Shown: positions 1 through 14,308, numbered from the stretch's first letter. The stretch: 64,000 bases of DNA from Hamiltosporidium tvaerminnensis FI-OER-3-3 (GCA_022605425.2 JAKIMF020000001.1:310001-374000); one strand, 5' to 3'. Program-made: numbers and translations. Notes: generated by a model from the sequence alone, not told the origin.

Positions 1-682
1 TACAGCCCGCGGCCACATTTTTTTGCCTCCCCCCCACAATTTTTTTTATTAAGTAGATTGTTTTTAAATAAGGACATAAAAATGAAAAAATATAGATAAA
101 TCATACAAAAGGAATTGCAATTATAGATAATTTAGGCCTGGATTTGTAGTACGAAGAAGATTCATAACGTTTTCTTTATTTTTTTTAATATTTTATTCAA
201 AAAAATAAAAATGAAATAGCAAAAAAATAGATACATAATTATTACTAATGAGCTTGCAGTAGTTGGGCTTTTCAGTGATAATTTTTTTAATTTTGGGTTA
301 AATTTACTGCTAGAAACTACTAGTAACGACTTCAAGCGCTTATCTGTTAATTTAGATCTGTAAATATTTTTTTATATTTCAGTTCAGATTATGTTTCTTC
401 GCACAGATAGGTAGAGCCGAATGTGGAAATAAAACCTCGAACAAATTTATGAACGCCGTTGAATTGCGTAACAGGAAAACTCTTATAAATTTCAGTAATT
501 TTTTATCTATTTTTATATAGAAATATCGTTAATATACATGTTTATTTTTAAGACCCTCTATATGAAACTTTAAAAATTTGATTATAAATTTTAATAATGG
601 AAATCGCTGAAATTTTTTCAGTATGGTAGCATAAAAAGTAATAAGTTTTCGGCCCGCGAGCCAAAAAGTTTGGAAACCCTTG
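1..682. mobile_element. Non-autonomous hAT (Charlie/Buster-like) element; left TIR probably just outside the window
   Basis: Window opens with TACAGCCCGCGGCCACAT. 650-682 reads CGGCCCGCGAGCCAAAAAGTTTGGAAACCCTTG (revcomp CAAGGGTTTCCAAACTTTTTGGCTCGCGGGCCG). Both resemble Charlie/MER58-type ends CAGGGGT..CAAACT..GGCCCGCGGGCC. No internal ORF. Confidence 0.65.
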
Positions 683-1358
683 TATTGACGATAAAAACAC
701 AAATATATAAATAAAATCTTTTATTTAATATTTACCATTTTATTACATTTTGAGCACTGTATCTAATCTTAAGATGAGGAGTAAGAGTGCTTGTATTAAT
801 ACATTATCTTCCCAAGATTATATTCATTGCGTATTTAATATTAAAAATGGCAGGTTAAAAATAACATTTTTAACCAGATTTTTACAGCATAGAAAAAGAA
901 ATACGGTTTATGCATGCCAAAAAAAACAATTCTATTATCTCTATTTGGCAAAATCTCATGCCAAAGATATCTTTGAAACAGTGACTCGCCTTTAAATGAT
1001 ATCAAGAGGTACCTTTACCGATTCTTGAATGAGAGTAATTGCTTTTCTTTCAAATAAAAAAGAATTGTTATAAATGTAGAAGATTTGCTGTTTCGAGCAG
1101 TTAAGGTATAAATAACATGTTGAATATATTTTGAAAAGCTTTAAATTGCCGTTTTTGCTATTTTATTTTCGATGAATATAATCATCGAGTTACCTTTTTA
1201 GGTTAATTATCAAATTATAAAGATATTCCATTCATAAATCGTTTATATTCAAAAATATTTTATTTATTTTAATCAAAAAAAAGCTTTTAATCTTTGATAT
1301 CTTCTTTTCTTAATTACTGATATAAAAGATATATATACCAATATAGAATGCCCTTCAC

Positions 1359-4002
1359 ATGTATCAGAATCAATTGGGACAATTATTTAGAATTTCTCCG
1401 AGTAAAAAAAATCTTCAAATACTCTATATCATGCTTTTTAAGTCATCTAATCACTACATTGCAGTGAAAAACATACTGTGTTCGTTTTTTCTTTTTGTAT
1501 TTTTTGGAATAAATAATTGCATTCGCATAAATATATTTTTCAACGGTATAGATCGATCATTTGATTCTACGACAAATCTATACGATTCCAATGATCTTCA
1601 TAATCTTATTGGTAGAAAAAGAATACGTGAGACCGAAACAACATTCATTGAACCAAATGATCATTCGTTTCGGCCAAATAAAAATCGATACCTTGAAACC
1701 AATCAATCAAAAGAATATAGTATAAGAAGTAAAAAACCGAGATTGGATATAGATTCAGAAAATACAACAAATATTACACCTAAATATATTCATACCAATG
1801 TTAAATGTAATCTGGGAGGAGATTTAGATCAAATCAATGTTGAAAAATCTAGTTTCGAGCTAATGAATGAAAGAATTAAAAATGACGGCAATTTGAAAAC
1901 CACACAAAGTAGGCCATGTCAAAGAACCATGGATTCTATTACTATCGATTATTCGAATATTTTTATAATTAGGTCGCGTTGTTTTGATATTTTATACAGA
2001 TCAAAGCTTCATGAAACTAATATTAATATTAAAGATATCACAAAAAGTAATATTGATTGTTTTTGGGTCAAAAAATGCATAGATATTTTATATTATGGGT
2101 TTGATTCGCAAATTGATGGTTTAAATAACAATGAATTTATAGATCTAATTGAATTTCTCAACGATCTTAACTGTTACTCAAATACTGATGCCCTCTATAT
2201 TTTGTATAAAAATCTACTTCCGTATTTATGTTTATACATAGTAGATGAAACTTGCTTTAATTTATTAAATATGACGAATTCTGAATATTTGAGGCATGTA
2301 AAATTGTTCCTGCCATTCTTAGCTGTACTTTATGATAAGGTCGATATATTTTTTAATTCAAATACAAAAGAATTAACGTTCATTGTGAAAGAACAAAACC
2401 GAGAATCTTTTAAATATGAAATGAATTTTACCGATGATACAATAATTCGAATCACACCCGAAGCTCTTAATTACATGCAACAAGATGATTCTAACGGGAA
2501 AAGAGAACTATTAGGTTTTTTGGTTAGTTCTTATAAAATAACTGGAATAAAGATTTCTAGTAGTGATAGGTATTATACCGAATGTGTCTCTACGGATTTT
2601 GCGTGTAAATTTATTCTAAATAACCCTGTCATCTATAAAATGCAAACAAGCTTTTGTTCTGTTTTAGGAAACATCGAATCTATTAAAATAAATACGTTAA
2701 AATCTATAGAAATTGAAAGATTAGATCTTTTAACAGAAGATGTTGATTTTTTCAGTAAATTTTTAAAATTAGAATCTTTAAGTATAGTGAAATGTAAGTT
2801 CCTAAACTATGGAAATTTCCTTCGTAAATTAGCATTAATGTTTCCAAAATTGAAGATCTTACGAATTGTTGGGTCATTTTTAAGATTTGGCTTTCTAAAT
2901 AATCTATTTTCCACTTACATAGAGATTTTAGATCTTTCTTGTTGCAAATCCATAGGAAAAATTTCCAATTTTCCAAATATGCAAATGAAAGCTTTGAAAA
3001 GTTTGAGGATAGATTATTCAAGTCTAAATTATAAGGTAATGAGAGTAATGATTTCAACACTATTCTTTGAAAATTTTAAGCATGAGAGGAACTAAGTGTA
3101 GAATATTTCATATTTTTGAACATTACAGAAATTTAAAAAAATCTTTTTATTATTTAGATTTTTCGAGGATTAGGTTCAACAAGAAACTCGTAGGTTTATT
3201 TTCAGTTAATATCGAAGCTGAAATATTGTTTTTAGAAAATCTAGAGCATTTAGGCGATTTAATTCGAGTGTCGAGGCTTGAATCATTATATTCAAGTACA
3301 AGAACCATATCTTTATCAAATAATTCTTCGTTTAACGATATATTTTTATTATTAAAGAATTTTAAAAAACTTGAATGTTTAAAACTTTCTGGAACAAAAA
3401 TAATGAGGTTACATCAGTGTGTTTTTGATTTTCAATTTAAAAGTCATTTGAAAGATCTTGATTTATCGAATAACAAATTGTCAAAAAATTACATTCGTTG
3501 CCTTAATCAGTTTGATTGCTTAGAAAGAATAAATCTATCGAATTGTAATCTCGAATCAGGTTTGATGGAATATCTTTCTGTTATGCACCCAGCGGTATCT
3601 CTGAGAAAAATAAATTTAGCTAGAAATATACTAAGCAAATCAGATATATTTGCACTTGAACAATTTATAAATCTTGATCATTTAACTGTTTGTTTTCAAA
3701 GTGAAATATTTTCATATGTCTTAAAAGAGTATGGTTCCTTAAGACTTAAAAATTTAGAAACATTAATTTTGGTTGCTTCATTTTTTACAAGCGAAATTTA
3801 TCATTGTATAATGAGAATGTCTTCATTGAAAAATCTTGAACTTCAAGGATGTCATTTAGAGAAAAATGTTTTTACAAACTATGGAATATCTTATCCTAAT
3901 TTTTTACAAAAAATTACTCTTATTGATTCTAAATATTATCCCGAAGATATAGATACCTTCAATGACTTGAAAATCTGCGGTATAGAAGTTTTGATTTATT
4001 AA
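1359..4002 (+). CDS. Leucine-rich repeat protein (microsporidian LRR family), split by a +1 frame break near 3051-3066
   Basis: ORFs 1359-3095 and 3067-4002 overlap. LxxLxLxxN/C repeats occur in both (IEILDLSCC, LKDLDLSNNKL, LERINLSNCNL, LRKINLARNIL). CCC motif precedes the ATG; hydrophobic stretch near the N-terminus. Confidence 0.85.
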
Positions 4003-7000
4003 ATTATTTTTCCTTATTCAATTTTTATGATATTTTTAGATTCAAAATTATTTCTCAATTAAATATATAATTCATAATGACTCGATTTATCTACCTTGAT
4101 TATTACTTGCATAATATCAGGCCAGATATTTGTGAAGCTCATTTTCTAAATATTTTGATGTGAAAAAATAGTCTTCATAAGGTTTTAGTTATTAAAAGAT
4201 TGTTATTATATTTGTTTATTCTTAATTAAATTTAAATTTCCTTTAATTTGGGTTAATATATTTCAAAAAACGGTAAATTTTTTTATTGCATAGCACATAT
4301 TATTTCTAGATTATATAATTGTAAAAAACAATTAATCTATTTGTCTTACAATTATTTCGTTGAAAAAAGCCGTATATTTTATTATCCAGTTGATTTTTTC
4401 TATATATACCTACTCTTGGGTTCGATAATAAGTCAAATAAATCATTTAAAGAATATTCACGGTGTAAAATTACTAATATAGGAATCTAAAAACGCATTAA
4501 TAATTGAATAATTTATATTCAGTATGATTTCCAAAAAAAAATTTGTGATTTAATCTTAAAAGCAAAAAACAATTCTAAATATTGGAATTAAATTTTACTG
4601 ACAAAGTTGTTATTCGCGGGTGAGTCACTTAAATCACATTAAAAATCTGCAAATACAAAATAAATAAACTTACTCTTTACAGAAAATAATTTATTATTTA
4701 CAAGAATTAAGGATTAATATAAAATTTTCAGACATTAAAAAAAATAATACTTTTCGAATTCAAATAAATCATTTAAAGTTGATAATAAAACATTTACTTT
4801 AAGAATTTAGCTATTTGGTTCTTTCTAGAAAAAAATACAACTGTAATTTTTTGGAGTTTAACACAAACAATAGTCCTAAAAATTGATTATTATGAAATAA
4901 ATAAATTTATTGTGCGAATATCTTCCAATTTTTTTCAAAACATATAATGCCCATAGAACTCGTATATTTTTACAAGAAAATATATACTATATCATCTTAG
5001 ATCTTTTTAAATTCTTATAGAAGCGAAAACCCGTAGTCGAAAAAAATTGTAGTTCAGAAATTAGTTACTTTGAGTTTATATACTATTTTGAATCTTTAGA
5101 TTTATTACTTATTTATAACTTTTTGGCACATTTTAACCTTTTTAGAAGGAAAATTTGCTTCCTTATTCTCATTTTTGCACGCCTTCATTGCTTATGATCA
5201 TCAAAAATTTAAAATGTGTGATATTGACAAGGAAGGTATTAAAAGGTAAAGATTTTCCTATCGGAAATCATTCTTGGTTTTGCTTTATAGCCGTCAAAAA
5301 TAAAATAAATTATAACCAAATCATGTCAATAGATTCTTATGTATCGATTAGATATTTCCTGGTATTAGATGAAATTATAATTAATTAGACCATTTTAATA
5401 TTATGAAATAGTCAAATTAGTATATAACGATTAACAAAATATTTTGTGACTATTGAAGTAATATTTCTTGAATTTGTTGACTTTCTTTCGAGCATATTAT
5501 GTTAAAGCATCTATTCTTTGAAGAAATATTTCCTATATATGTATGTAAATAAATGTTGATAGTGTGTTATATGGTTTCTTAAATACCTTTATTTTTGCAT
5601 ATTCTAATATTGTTTTGCTAAGTAATCGGTATATTTTTTTCATTATGAGTGTGATACAATTTGTTTAAAGAAACTATATATAGCTTTTAAAAATTATATA
5701 AAAAAGAAAGAAATCTCTGGTATAAGACATCATATTTATATAACAAATACTATATTTAAACTATCATATAAAAACCTTGCCTGTCACGATTTGATTCTAA
5801 TAATAATGATTTCTTTTTAAAACGGGAACTCTTCTTCTAAATATCAAATACCTCTTCGGAGCCATTTAGCAAAAAGCACACCAAATGAATACTTTTCCTG
5901 GTTTTTCTGCAATGAATATAATTTTTTGTGCCAAAAATGAAATGTGATGCTATCGCAGTTCATTATATCACATATTGGATCAAACATTTACCGTATAAAA
6001 GGTGCTATTTCAGTACAAAAAAAGCCAAATAATAATTCTTAAGACATATCAAGCTTACAGATACAAATTTATCTTTTTTATTTAAATAACACTATAATAT
6101 TTTTTCTCTAGACAAATTGGTAAATTTTTCAAAATCCATTGCATTAACTAAACAGATAGGCTTGTTATCTCTTGTAGTGCGACGTTATAAGTATTATAAA
6201 CGACTCATATTACATGATAGTACTGAAGAGAATCGGTGTATTCGGATAAAATGATTTCCAGAGCAATTTAAATTCATGTATAGCATGTTTTATAGTTGCA
6301 GGAACACCCTTTTTCTATATTTTACTTTTTTTTAGTGCAAAGTACGATCTTATATCAAACTATTTAAAATAAAATATGAAAGTTTTTTGAAACTAAGTAT
6401 ATTATGTTATGGTCTTCTAAGAATTAGCTTCGATATTAAATATTTGTCGCTAGAACAAGATTATTTAGACTTAATAAATTTTCAACTAAACTGGTACCTT
6501 TTTTAATCTGTATTTTATAACTAAGTTTCCTATCTATACTATATGAGCGTTTAAAACGGTTTGTAATAATTTAATCCAAAAAAAACGATTTTAAAAATTT
6601 ATTGCAATATTTGAAGATGCTAATTTTACTTTTCGCTATACCAATTAATAAAAAATATAGAGAATAATTATGAATGGCATAAAAGTCACGATAACTTGTT
6701 TTAATTTTTTCGATCATGATATTTTCCGTACTCCGGATATGAAATTTTATAATTTGCGTTTCTGGCTAAAAAGTTTAGAACCAATCATTTTGATATAAAT
6801 TTCGATATCTAATGGAAAAAACAAGATTTATAAAACAAAAATTCCGTCTTACTTAATATGTGCTTTTTTTTTGAATGTACGACATTTAGCATTAAGATAA
6901 GCATATTATAGATTCTTTGTATCGATTCCTTCCATTTAATCCTCTCTGTCGCATAAATAACAAAAATCACACTTTTTGTTTTTTTTTTGAACAGAATTAT

Positions 7001-7974
7001 TTTGCCTTTTATCATTAAATTAAACATGTAAAACGTATAGTTGTTTTTTCTATTTGCGCTTGTATTTTTAATATATATGAATATTATATGTATATTTACA
7101 TGAAAAAAACTGAATATTGCATTATGTTATAATTTTACGATTTAATACATTTTAAAACACTATGAAGAGTTGTAAGTGTCTCTAAATAAATTATATACAC
7201 AATATTCCATAATATCGAACTAAAAGAAATCTATAATATCTAAATTTATCGATTAAACAAAATACTGTTTTAAAGTTTAGTAGAAACTACCAAAAATTTT
7301 TAATAAAATCCATTTTTTTATTGCATTTCATTGGCTTTCATTTTGTTATGTTAATTTATACGCTCATAACTAACATTCTTGAATAATTTTAAATATTAAG
7401 GGCTTAAAACCCCTTAAAAATGTATTTAAAAATTTAGATTCACTTTGATACTTTAGTAACTTTGAGACTTCAAATTCAAGATGAAAAATTTTCCAAACTA
7501 CCTTTCAAGAAATCTTTTGATAAGTAATTGGTTTATGTTTAACATACATTTGCTTTACATTGATGGTTAGGTTATGATAAATTGCTTTTAATTTCTAAAA
7601 CCCTTCTCATTAAATCTTGAGAAGTTTAAACAGTTTTTTTATTTCTATGTTTGATTTTCTCGATAAATATAAACATTCTAAAATACATTAGCGCTTCAGA
7701 AAATTTCTGTGGCGTTTTATAATGTGTTCTATGTATCTGGTTTCCAAAATTATGAATTTTGTAATTTCATCGATAATTCGATAAGAAATCCAAAGGTTTT
7801 CATAAAATTTTCTAGCAAGAAGATATATTTTTTTTCATACTTTGTGAGTCTACTTATATGTTTTCTGCATATATATTTACTATGTGATGTGATATTCAAT
7901 AAACATACTTCGACCTTTAAAATTGTAACTTTACTTAAGTTTTAGCTTTAATGTCATCTAGTATTACCTTCAAC

Positions 7975-8245
7975 TTGAATTTTGAAATATATGGCATATG
8001 GAATGCAATGAATGAGCTATTTCTAACCATAATGCCTATTCTGCTTTTTTCGCTTAATTTTTCTAAAGACTTGTCTTTTATTCAAGTAAGGGGGACACAT
8101 TTTCTCAATTAGTCTATTCATAGAGACTTTGCATGATGATGCAGACAACAAACAGTTTTTCGTAACTATAATTGTTAAGATTAGGATTATGCATTTGATT
8201 CAAGCCGCAAAACTTTCCGATAAATATGTAAATACCTCGAGTAGC
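7975..8245 (+). pseudogene. Possible highly decayed RTE-type reverse transcriptase fragment
   Basis: Locally higher GC. TTTGCATGATGATGCA reads FADDA after one indel, with loosely RT-like flanks. No ORF. Confidence 0.25.
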
Positions 8246-8480
8246 AGCGAGCTAGGATATATAAACTAGTTATTGCATGCCTAGCTAGGATATTAAATAT
8301 GTCGGATTTTAGGTATTAAAAAACGGGTAATAACTATATTGGAAAAAATAAATGGTCTCAAAAATTAAAATTGTCAGATTACCTTTATAAATATTCTTTT
8401 ATGTACTTTTTATGGAAAAAATTGTTGTATTAAAGTAAAAAAAAAACAAAAAGAATTTAAAAATTGATTTATTGTATTAA

Positions 8481-8990
8481 TCAAATATATAAATGGCTCA
8501 ATCTTTCCTTGGGATCACTTATCCCTTCCCATCTTTTTTTCCTTTTATTCTTCTGTACATTGCCTTTTTCGTTCTTAACTTGCCTTTTAATTAATTTGGG
8601 GTGTAGAATCGAAGAAGAATTGTTTAAACAACTCACACTATCGTTTTTAGTATCATTTTTAAAGATTTTTTTTGAATCATTTTCACATTTTCCATCACCA
8701 CAATTATCATAAACATAAACTTGCACCATTGCTACATAAATCGGTGCTTCTTTTATTTTGTGGAAATCATTATCCACACCTTCTTTAAAAGGTAAGCCTA
8801 GACAAATTCTTTGTCTAGCTTCATTTTTGACAATAGAACGAGGCTCATTATTGCAATGTTTTGCAGGTTTTGTATCATTGAGCTTCCAATGATCATCAAC
8901 AACCTTCAGTGTGTTGACATTACTTGGTTGATCATTTTTGGGATTTGCTATATTTTCCCAGAATTTAATTAGATCTTTTACGCTTTTCAT
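8481..8990 (-). CDS. Hypothetical 169-aa protein
   Basis: ATG-initiated ORF with protein-like composition, N-terminal SVKDLIKFWE helix and basic C-terminal KNKRKKR. Confidence 0.55.
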   Translation of the reverse strand: MKSVKDLIKFWENIANPKNDQPSNVNTLKVVDDHWKLNDTKPAKHCNNEPRSIVKNEARQRICLGLPFKEGVDNDFHKIKEAPIYVAMVQVYVYDNCGDGKCENDSKKIFKNDTKNDSVSCLNNSSSILHPKLIKRQVKNEKGNVQKNKRKKRWEGISDPKERLSHLYI

Positions 8991-11026
8991 TGTTTATTTG
9001 TATTTTTCAAACATAAATACTTTTAATATTGTTCTCGAACACTTTTGGAATTTCTTTTTGATGATCAGACATCAGTATAACAAAACAAAAAAAGAACAAT
9101 TATATGTTCTTTTTTAAATAATCCATATTTTTTGATTTTTTGAAAGGTATTTGGTAATAAAATGCAGCTTAAGTTATTTTATGCTCAAATATCGTTTTTA
9201 ATCTAAAGTTTAATTAATAAAATTTGAATTTAAATCTTCTTTAAAGAATATGAAAATCAACATAGAATGGATTTATTTGGTTTTAAACATTTTATCCTCA
9301 CGAATTAAATGCTAAAATTAAAAATTTGTACTTGCAAAAGAAATTGAAATCTAAACATTAACATTAACAAATAAGATCATCAATTAATTTTTATAGATTT
9401 AATCAGATTTTTGAAACAACTTGAAACAAAATCATCATTATTGATTATTTGATCTCTTTTGTATACAATAAACACATTCATATAAAATAGTATTGTGTAA
9501 TTAAGATTATATGTATTTAAAGTATTATATAAAAACCCAATAAATTTTAAATAATTACATTTGAATATTTATTTTAAAAAGCAAGTTAAAATGGGATAAT
9601 TCAGCTCTAAATATACAACGTAATAATATAAAAATGTATCAACTTTAAAAGATATTTCCATATCAATTAAATGAAGTTGAAGCATATTTTTTTTATTAGA
9701 TTGAAGCCATAAAATAAGAATTTCAATTGAAATTTCTAATTTAGATATAAATTTATTTAATGAAACCAATTAAATTGAAATTGAGGAATATCGAATAAAT
9801 TCATAGTTAAAGAAATATTCTTGAAGAATTGAGACAATGTTTTCCTTTTTATACCTCGTAATATTTATTGCAAATTTTAAATTTTATTATTCTATTCAGT
9901 AATTTAATTTTATTACATCTTAAATATCGATTTCCTCATCATATTCCAAATAAATCTTTGGTCTTCTATGGTTTTACAAAAAATCAAGGTTTTAAGATCT
10001 ATTCTTTATGTGTTAGACATTTTAAACCCAGATACTTATAATTCAATGTTTTATATTTTTTGTTTAGATTTAAATGATTTTATAAAATGCATTGATGCTT
10101 TTTCTGGATATTCTGCGACATTCTGTATTAGCTAATATCTTGGTTGCGTGTAAAATATATACTAAATATCTACTTTTATAGGGTTATCAATTATTTAAAC
10201 TAATTGATGAACTGGCATTTTAGTTATTTATAATATTTACTGGGGAATTTGTGATAAAACCTCTTGATATCTACATATAGGAGGATCTACAGGTATTTAT
10301 TTATAAAAAAATGCCTTGGAATTCAGCTATTTAGAATAATTTCTTGGTTTTTATATTTTTTTGGTATCGAAAATTTAAGAAGATTTTAAGTTCCAATTTT
10401 GTCAACTACAAGTATTATTCTCTTTAATTTCCTTTTAACCATCTTTATATCAAATTGATCGATTTGAAGTTTTTCAGCAATTTTTATTTTTGTTGTCCCT
10501 CTTGTTTAGCGTACTGAGTTTATATGATTTCTTAAAATGTGTTATCGGATTAAATTTTTTAAATCTAGATTTATTTCTTCTGATAAAAGTGAAAAACCTA
10601 TTCAATCAACTATTTTTGTATGTTTTGTTCGGCTATATATTTTCCAGTTGGATTGCTTGATTCTAATATATCTCGGCAATGAACTGAAGAATTTACGATT
10701 TGTTTTCGTTTTTGAACAATATGTTATCTTGGATATAGCAATTGCTCCTTATAATTCGTTCGAATATATTATTAATAGTAAATACCTGGCTTTGTTCCCA
10801 TTCTGTAAAACTAAATATTAAATTTTAGATTTTAGATTTTACATTAATATTCGTTTATCGTGCTTTTTTACCTCTTTTTGTTTAGATTTCTTTTGTTCCC
10901 TTTTTGGACCTAAAAACCTTTTTATATGATCAAGATTTTCTATATATTTCTTATTATTTATGATTCTAACTTTATAATCCTATTTTTTTGCTTTTTTAAA
11001 GCTATTTTAGAATTTCCATAGGTGTT

Positions 11027-11316
11027 TGTTAAGACCGGGTGGTGAGAGGATAACCACATAAAAAACTATCTGTTTGGCAATGAACATAAGGAATTGGTGT
11101 AAAATCTTATTGTTTCATTTCGTGGGATATAAACTGTACTGGATCTATAGGTTAATCTTCTATAATCCTGAGTTACAATAGATTAAAAGAAGCAATTAGG
11201 AAATTTTCATTTGTTCATCCTCGACACTGAGAGGTAAAAGCGAAATGAAATAAGAAAGATGGATAAAGACTTCAAAATATATTCTAAATCGTATATATAT
11301 TCCGTATTTGCTAACA
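11027..11316 (+). repeat. Dispersed repeat family A (solo-LTR-like), copy 1
   Basis: Core GAGGATAA.CACAT.AAAAACTATCTG.TTGG.AATG...GGGATATAAAC...GAGTTACAATAGA...TTTCATTTGTTCATC.TCGACAC..AGAGGTAAAA is shared with six other loci. Possible TGTT..AACA ends. Confidence 0.8.
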
Positions 11317-12964
11317 TAGAATATAAATTACAAAAAAATATCTAAATGTGTCATTTATTGATATACTATATGAATAAATTGTTCGACATTGACTATTAAA
11401 AAATTGTAAGATTCTCTTTTTATTAAATGCCAAACCATATTTTGGTATCGTTGAATTTATTAGATTAAATTGAAATTTTAAATATATCTTTAAATGGTCA
11501 AAGACTCGTTGTACTTATATTATTTAAGACATCTGTTTTTTAGACTTTACTTTTTTGTTCTTAGAAATTTTTTAATTCGAATTTGTTGTAAAAAATATGT
11601 TTTCACGTATAAATAGCATATTTTTATTTATTCGGGCTTCACAAAAATTTTTCAATTTTCAAAAAAACTGATATAAGCAATATATCAATTACTATATATT
11701 TAAATAATTAGTTTAATAATAAGAATAAATGTTAAAAATATATATATTTCACTCTGTTTATTATTCATTGTTTTTCAAAGAAAATTTTGAATATTTATTT
11801 ACTTTTAAGATATATTTTGGCTTTTTCAAAAATGTTAAATGAATTTGTTTGATAAATAAACTATATTGAAATTTATTAGTGTTACGTAATAAGTAAAAAA
11901 GAAATGAAATAATGATATTCATTATATAATGGTATTAATATTTAAAAAAATGCAGATAAATACACTTCATTAAAATCAAATATAATTTTGTTTTTTCACA
12001 ATCTTTTGAGTTGATTTTCCTTGTAAACTTCGTAAAATTATTTGATTTTATAAAAAGATTAAATTTGAGATCAAAAATGTTTTTTGTATATTATATCTTG
12101 ATCAAATGAAATAGGGGGGGGGGGGTTTAAGCAAGCTTTAAGTTACTGTAACCAATGATTTATATATCTACGACGAAAAGTATATTCAAAGAATATAAAA
12201 TATTTTCATAAAGTAGAAATTATAGAATTTTATTTGAGAAACCATGAAATATTTACTTTCTTTTTGTTTGATAATACAAATTTCATAATTAAAAAAATAA
12301 ATCAAAATACATATTAAGAGTCTTTCTTAAAGGTTTTTAAAATTCAATTCTTTGTTTATCAGTTTACCTTTAATTGTTTCAATTACATCTAATGCTTTAA
12401 TTTTTAAAGTTAACTTAGTATAAAATTTTAGAGCGCATATGTATTCAGGTAAAATAACTGAAATAAACAATTTTAACTATTTTATAATATTCCTACCTAT
12501 ATTATCGAATATGCTGGTTTTAAAATTCATTTTATTGATAATATTATACTTTAATATCAGTAAATTATATATTATACAGAAGATGTATTTAACATTCAAA
12601 TTTTCAAATTACATCACAATTCATACAAAAATTTTTTTATCCAAAAAATCGTACAATGCTAATATTATATGCAAGTAATTTATATATACTTGACAAATAA
12701 TCTTGTACGAATTTATCAAATCTAAAACATATTGTTTTAAATTACTGACAAAGGCTTTGTCGAATTACTATTTTAGTCTATCATCAAAAATCAAATTTAC
12801 AAATTAAATTTTAAAACATGCTTAAGAAAATTTATATAAATAAAAAGAAATATTAAACTGATTCAAGGAATCATATCAGACAAAATAAAATATATGTTTC
12901 ATGAATGTAACAGATGGATTACGAAAATATCGAATAAGTAGATGATTTTTGTCTTATGAAGTGA

Positions 12965-14308
12965 ATGGCACTGTTTTTAAATAATATATTTTTAACTTTG
13001 TCTTTTTTAAGTATGAAAATCGAAATACCTCTGATAGACATTTTTGGAAATTATAACGGAAAAATTTTAGGAACAATTTTTTCTTTTAGAAGTGGAATTT
13101 CAAATGAAATGAGCAGAAGCAATATCGATACAAATGAAAATACTATGTGGATAGTTTTGATTAATTCTGCTCAATATCAGCCACAGGATGTTTTGAATAA
13201 GTTTTTGATATCGAATATATCTGCAATAATTATTACAGATACAAGAAACCATGTCGATGTGGTTATGGAATATCGTAGATATAAGTCAAACGTTCCAGTA
13301 TTTTTTATGGAATATCCATATTTTAGACTTATCACGAATTTTTTACAGAGAAACATTAATTTTAAAAGGAACCAATCATTGGGTAGAAACAAAAAATTAA
13401 ATGATCATACAATTCTAAATAAAGTTCTAAGCACCACAACAATGCCTAACAGAAGAGAAAAATTAGATTACAATGCCAAAGAGCATAATAAAGGCAAGAA
13501 AAAAATTTTGAACCCAAATAGTGTAGAAATAAATTCACAGATATTTTTTGAAAAATCTGAACCATACTCATTTATAGATTTTAAAGCTGGTGAAAAGATT
13601 TTCAAACCCGAAAAGAAAAAATTAGAAGGCACAAAAATTACTACACAAGAAAATGATTATTTGAATTTATCGAATAAAAACAACGACTTTAGGAAATTTA
13701 ATAATTTATATTTCACAAAAAACCAAGATATAGATATTTTAAAAGGTATTCATAAAAATAGTTTTATAGAAAGAGAAAATAAAAAATACCGAAACACGTG
13801 CGATACTGTCGCGGCTAATACATTAATTAGAGCCAATGATTTTGTTTTGGCAGAAAACAAAGTAAATTTAAACAATAACGATACTAGAATATCCCGCCAG
13901 CCTGAAATGATTTTCGAAACTGCTATTGAAAACAAACACGATTTCAATCCCACACCCTTTTTTGTTCAGCTTTTTCTACAAATTCCACCGGTCCTGACCA
14001 TTTTGATCTTAGTACTTCTTTGGCGCACCTTTTCGGTTCCCGAGGACCAAAGTATGGATATTCAATACATAGAAACTTTGCCACTCATAACATATAAACA
14101 TGAAAACAGTAAAAATATGGCATTTAACGATAATACTATATGTTGTATTTGTCTAGAACCATACATACAAGGGGATCAGATACGATGTTTATACTGCCAT
14201 CATATATTCCATAAAATATGTGTGGATCCATGGCTATGTAGAACTTGTATATGTCCTATCTGTCGTAAAAGTATATTTTTGACTGAAAGTGATCCGTTTT
14301 TCTTGTGA
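12965..14308 (+). CDS. Membrane-anchored RING-H2 E3 ubiquitin ligase (PA-TM-RING / RNF13-like layout)
   Basis: Hydrophobic N-terminus, TM helix (IPPVLTILILVLLW), IETLP motif, then C-ICLE..C-H-FH--C--W--C-PIC RING-H2. Confidence 0.9.
   Translation: MALFLNNIFLTLSFLSMKIEIPLIDIFGNYNGKILGTIFSFRSGISNEMSRSNIDTNENTMWIVLINSAQYQPQDVLNKFLISNISAIIITDTRNHVDVVMEYRRYKSNVPVFFMEYPYFRLITNFLQRNINFKRNQSLGRNKKLNDHTILNKVLSTTTMPNRREKLDYNAKEHNKGKKKILNPNSVEINSQIFFEKSEPYSFIDFKAGEKIFKPEKKKLEGTKITTQENDYLNLSNKNNDFRKFNNLYFTKNQDIDILKGIHKNSFIERENKKYRNTCDTVAANTLIRANDFVLAENKVNLNNNDTRISRQPEMIFETAIENKHDFNPTPFFVQLFLQIPPVLTILILVLLWRTFSVPEDQSMDIQYIETLPLITYKHENSKNMAFNDNTICCICLEPYIQGDQIRCLYCHHIFHKICVDPWLCRTCICPICRKSIFLTESDPFFL

Noticed and set aside
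5700-6350. Slightly GC-richer stretch that looks like decayed coding DNA
   Set aside because: No assignable motif in the frames I read.
10230-10810. Possible APE-endonuclease relic on the minus strand
   Set aside because: Motif matches are too weak to support a call.
12114-12125. G12 run as an LTR polypurine tract
   Set aside because: Not followed by a recognisable LTR; homopolymer only.
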